A DNA stretch of 64,000 bases from positions 1 to 64,000 of the forward strand of contig MCFE01000071.1 of assembly GCA_002104905.1 (NCBI GenBank), read 5' to 3'. The position numbers were made by a program, and so were the translations under genes. The stretch's first letter is position 1. Each line of letters starts with the position of its first letter. Of this stretch, positions 62,523-64,000 are shown one piece after another. The notes below the pieces were generated by a model. It did no database searches. It saw nothing but the letters and a program-made list of their open reading frames with translations, and was not told the origin of the DNA. The DNA comes from Basidiobolus meristosporus CBS 931.73 (taxonomy: Eukaryota > Fungi > Basidiobolomycota).

Positions 62523-64000
62523 TGTAGTGGGTTGACAGTGACACCCATTGACAGATGTGCTCATTCCCTTATTTTCTACTTCCCTATATCTCTACTACAC
62601 TTATTTTAGTTTTATCCCATTTGTCTTACCCAATCAGTACTATCCTATAAGCTGGTTGACTATCACACCTGCTTACCTTATTGCATAAGTTACCCCTCAC
62701 TTTATGTAAGATTACTAGCTATAAGTACTTCTATATTAGGCAAGTACCCGTGTCAGTACCCGTGACACATGATCAGCCCGTGTCACCATCCCTACCATTT
62801 ACATACCATATATGGTATCCCCATGTTACACAGGTTTCAGAATACTGATTCCTGATTGGTTGGATGTGCTGTGCCTCTTAGAACCTTCCGGCACCTACTT
62901 AGAACATTCTTAGGTCATTCTGATGTCATTAAGATTTCTATTGATCTCCAGAACTTTCTGGAACACCATGATTAGTTATCACTTAGCCAGTGAAAAAAGT
63001 ATATAAGGGAGGCTATCCCTCAACAATAAATCATCATCCCTTTTATCAATATACTGACTTGTTGATTAGTGTGATCACTGCTACCTGCTGCTACCTGAAC
63101 TTCCAACCCCAGACCACAGGACACTCCCAGGAAACCGCGCTGACAGCCAACTGACCTTGGAGGCACTACTTGTGAGGAATACTCAGAGTAGGTTTCTTTT
63201 ATTATATTTGATTCTTTCCCAAGTTTGTTCTTGTACAGGCAAAGATACTTTTCTGTCTTTGTAACTATTGACCAAAGCTGCATTCTTATCAAGTCCCTGC
63301 TGGTGGAGTTTACAGTTGTTTTGACTTTGGAAGCTTTAGTACATTGTCATCTCAAAGGACGCTGAACCCATCACATACTTTTGTTAAGACGCCAACTAAG
63401 TTGGGGATTGTAGCTCAATAGTTTTCCCTTGACAAGCTTGTGGCTTTATCCCCCTTCACATTAGATTAGAGACAGAACCCAAGTATTCCTAGCAAGCTTT
63501 TGCCAGAGGTTATCACACCCAGTGAACACCCCACACACAAAACACTTGAGAAGTGTTGGACGTATCTCTCCCTTGGACTTATACACCACCACATATATTG
63601 GCACCCAACATGGGGGGTTCATACAAGCTCCCTAGGACCCAACAAGATTTACCTGAAGATTTGAGCTGTTATCCACCTATTGAAAAGAGACTACCGATAT
63701 TACCAAGATTACAACACCAACATACCTGCCCAAAAATGAACTCTATGCCATTACCACTCTCACATGGAGCCCCACAGTTTGATGGAAAGAATGTGGAGAG
63801 CTTCATATTCAAATGGGAGAAGCTCTGCAAGATGTGCAGCCTATCTGAACAAGAAATGGCTGAAGACTTCCCCTACTACTGCACCGATGATATTACCACT
63901 AAGCTTCTCAGACAAGGAGACATTCTCACTGACTGGGCCTTAATGAAAACCTACCTACAGACCAAGTATGGTAGACCCCAGATATACTATGGAATTGAAG
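62523..64000 (+). mobile_element. 5' end of a gypsy family G1 element: 5' LTR, PBS and start of gag, running off the window
   Basis: LTR 62523-63593. PBS TGGCACCCAACATGGGG from 63599. Open gag-like frame from ATG 63736 (GAPQFDGKNVESFIFKWEKLC...). Confidence 0.9.

Noticed and set aside
26500-64000. RIP-like (CpA-directed) mutation as the cause of TE decay
   Set aside because: CpA/TpG remain abundant and the diagnostic changes I could reconstruct are mostly at CpG. A minor CpA component cannot be excluded without alignments.

Overview
Eukaryotic DNA, most likely from an early-diverging fungus. This is inferred from the short GT-AG introns, a fungal DUG2 and a DHCR7 sterol delta-7 reductase. 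The window has two compartments. (1) About 1-26.5 kb is gene-dense with normal CpG content: PCF11, two tandem intronless genes fusing LEA/apolipoprotein-like helical repeats to a TMEM14-like membrane domain, DUG2, a P5B-ATPase (YPK9/ATP13A type), NDOR1/TAH18, a two-finger C2H2 factor, DHCR7 and a probably GPI-anchored double-fasciclin protein. (2) About 26.5-64 kb is a strongly CpG-depleted nest of transposons. It holds a self-nested Ty1/copia family with one structurally complete copy, at least three Ty3/gypsy families, a CACTA transposase split by three later insertions, a complete 3.4-kb PIF/Harbinger-like element and an unclassified repeat family (X). Main result: all six readable insertion sites of one chromodomain-less gypsy family are 4-bp targets centred on CG or its deamination products (CCGG/CCGG, CTGT/CCGT, GCAT/GTGT, TTGC/ATGC, CTGT, TTGC), suggesting a CpG-targeting retrotransposon. 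Also notable are a fossil ~450-codon ORF in frame with the integrase of a second gypsy family, and an intact, almost CpG-free transposase paired with a CpG-rich partner ORF broken by two TGA codons. All alignments and counts were done by eye.
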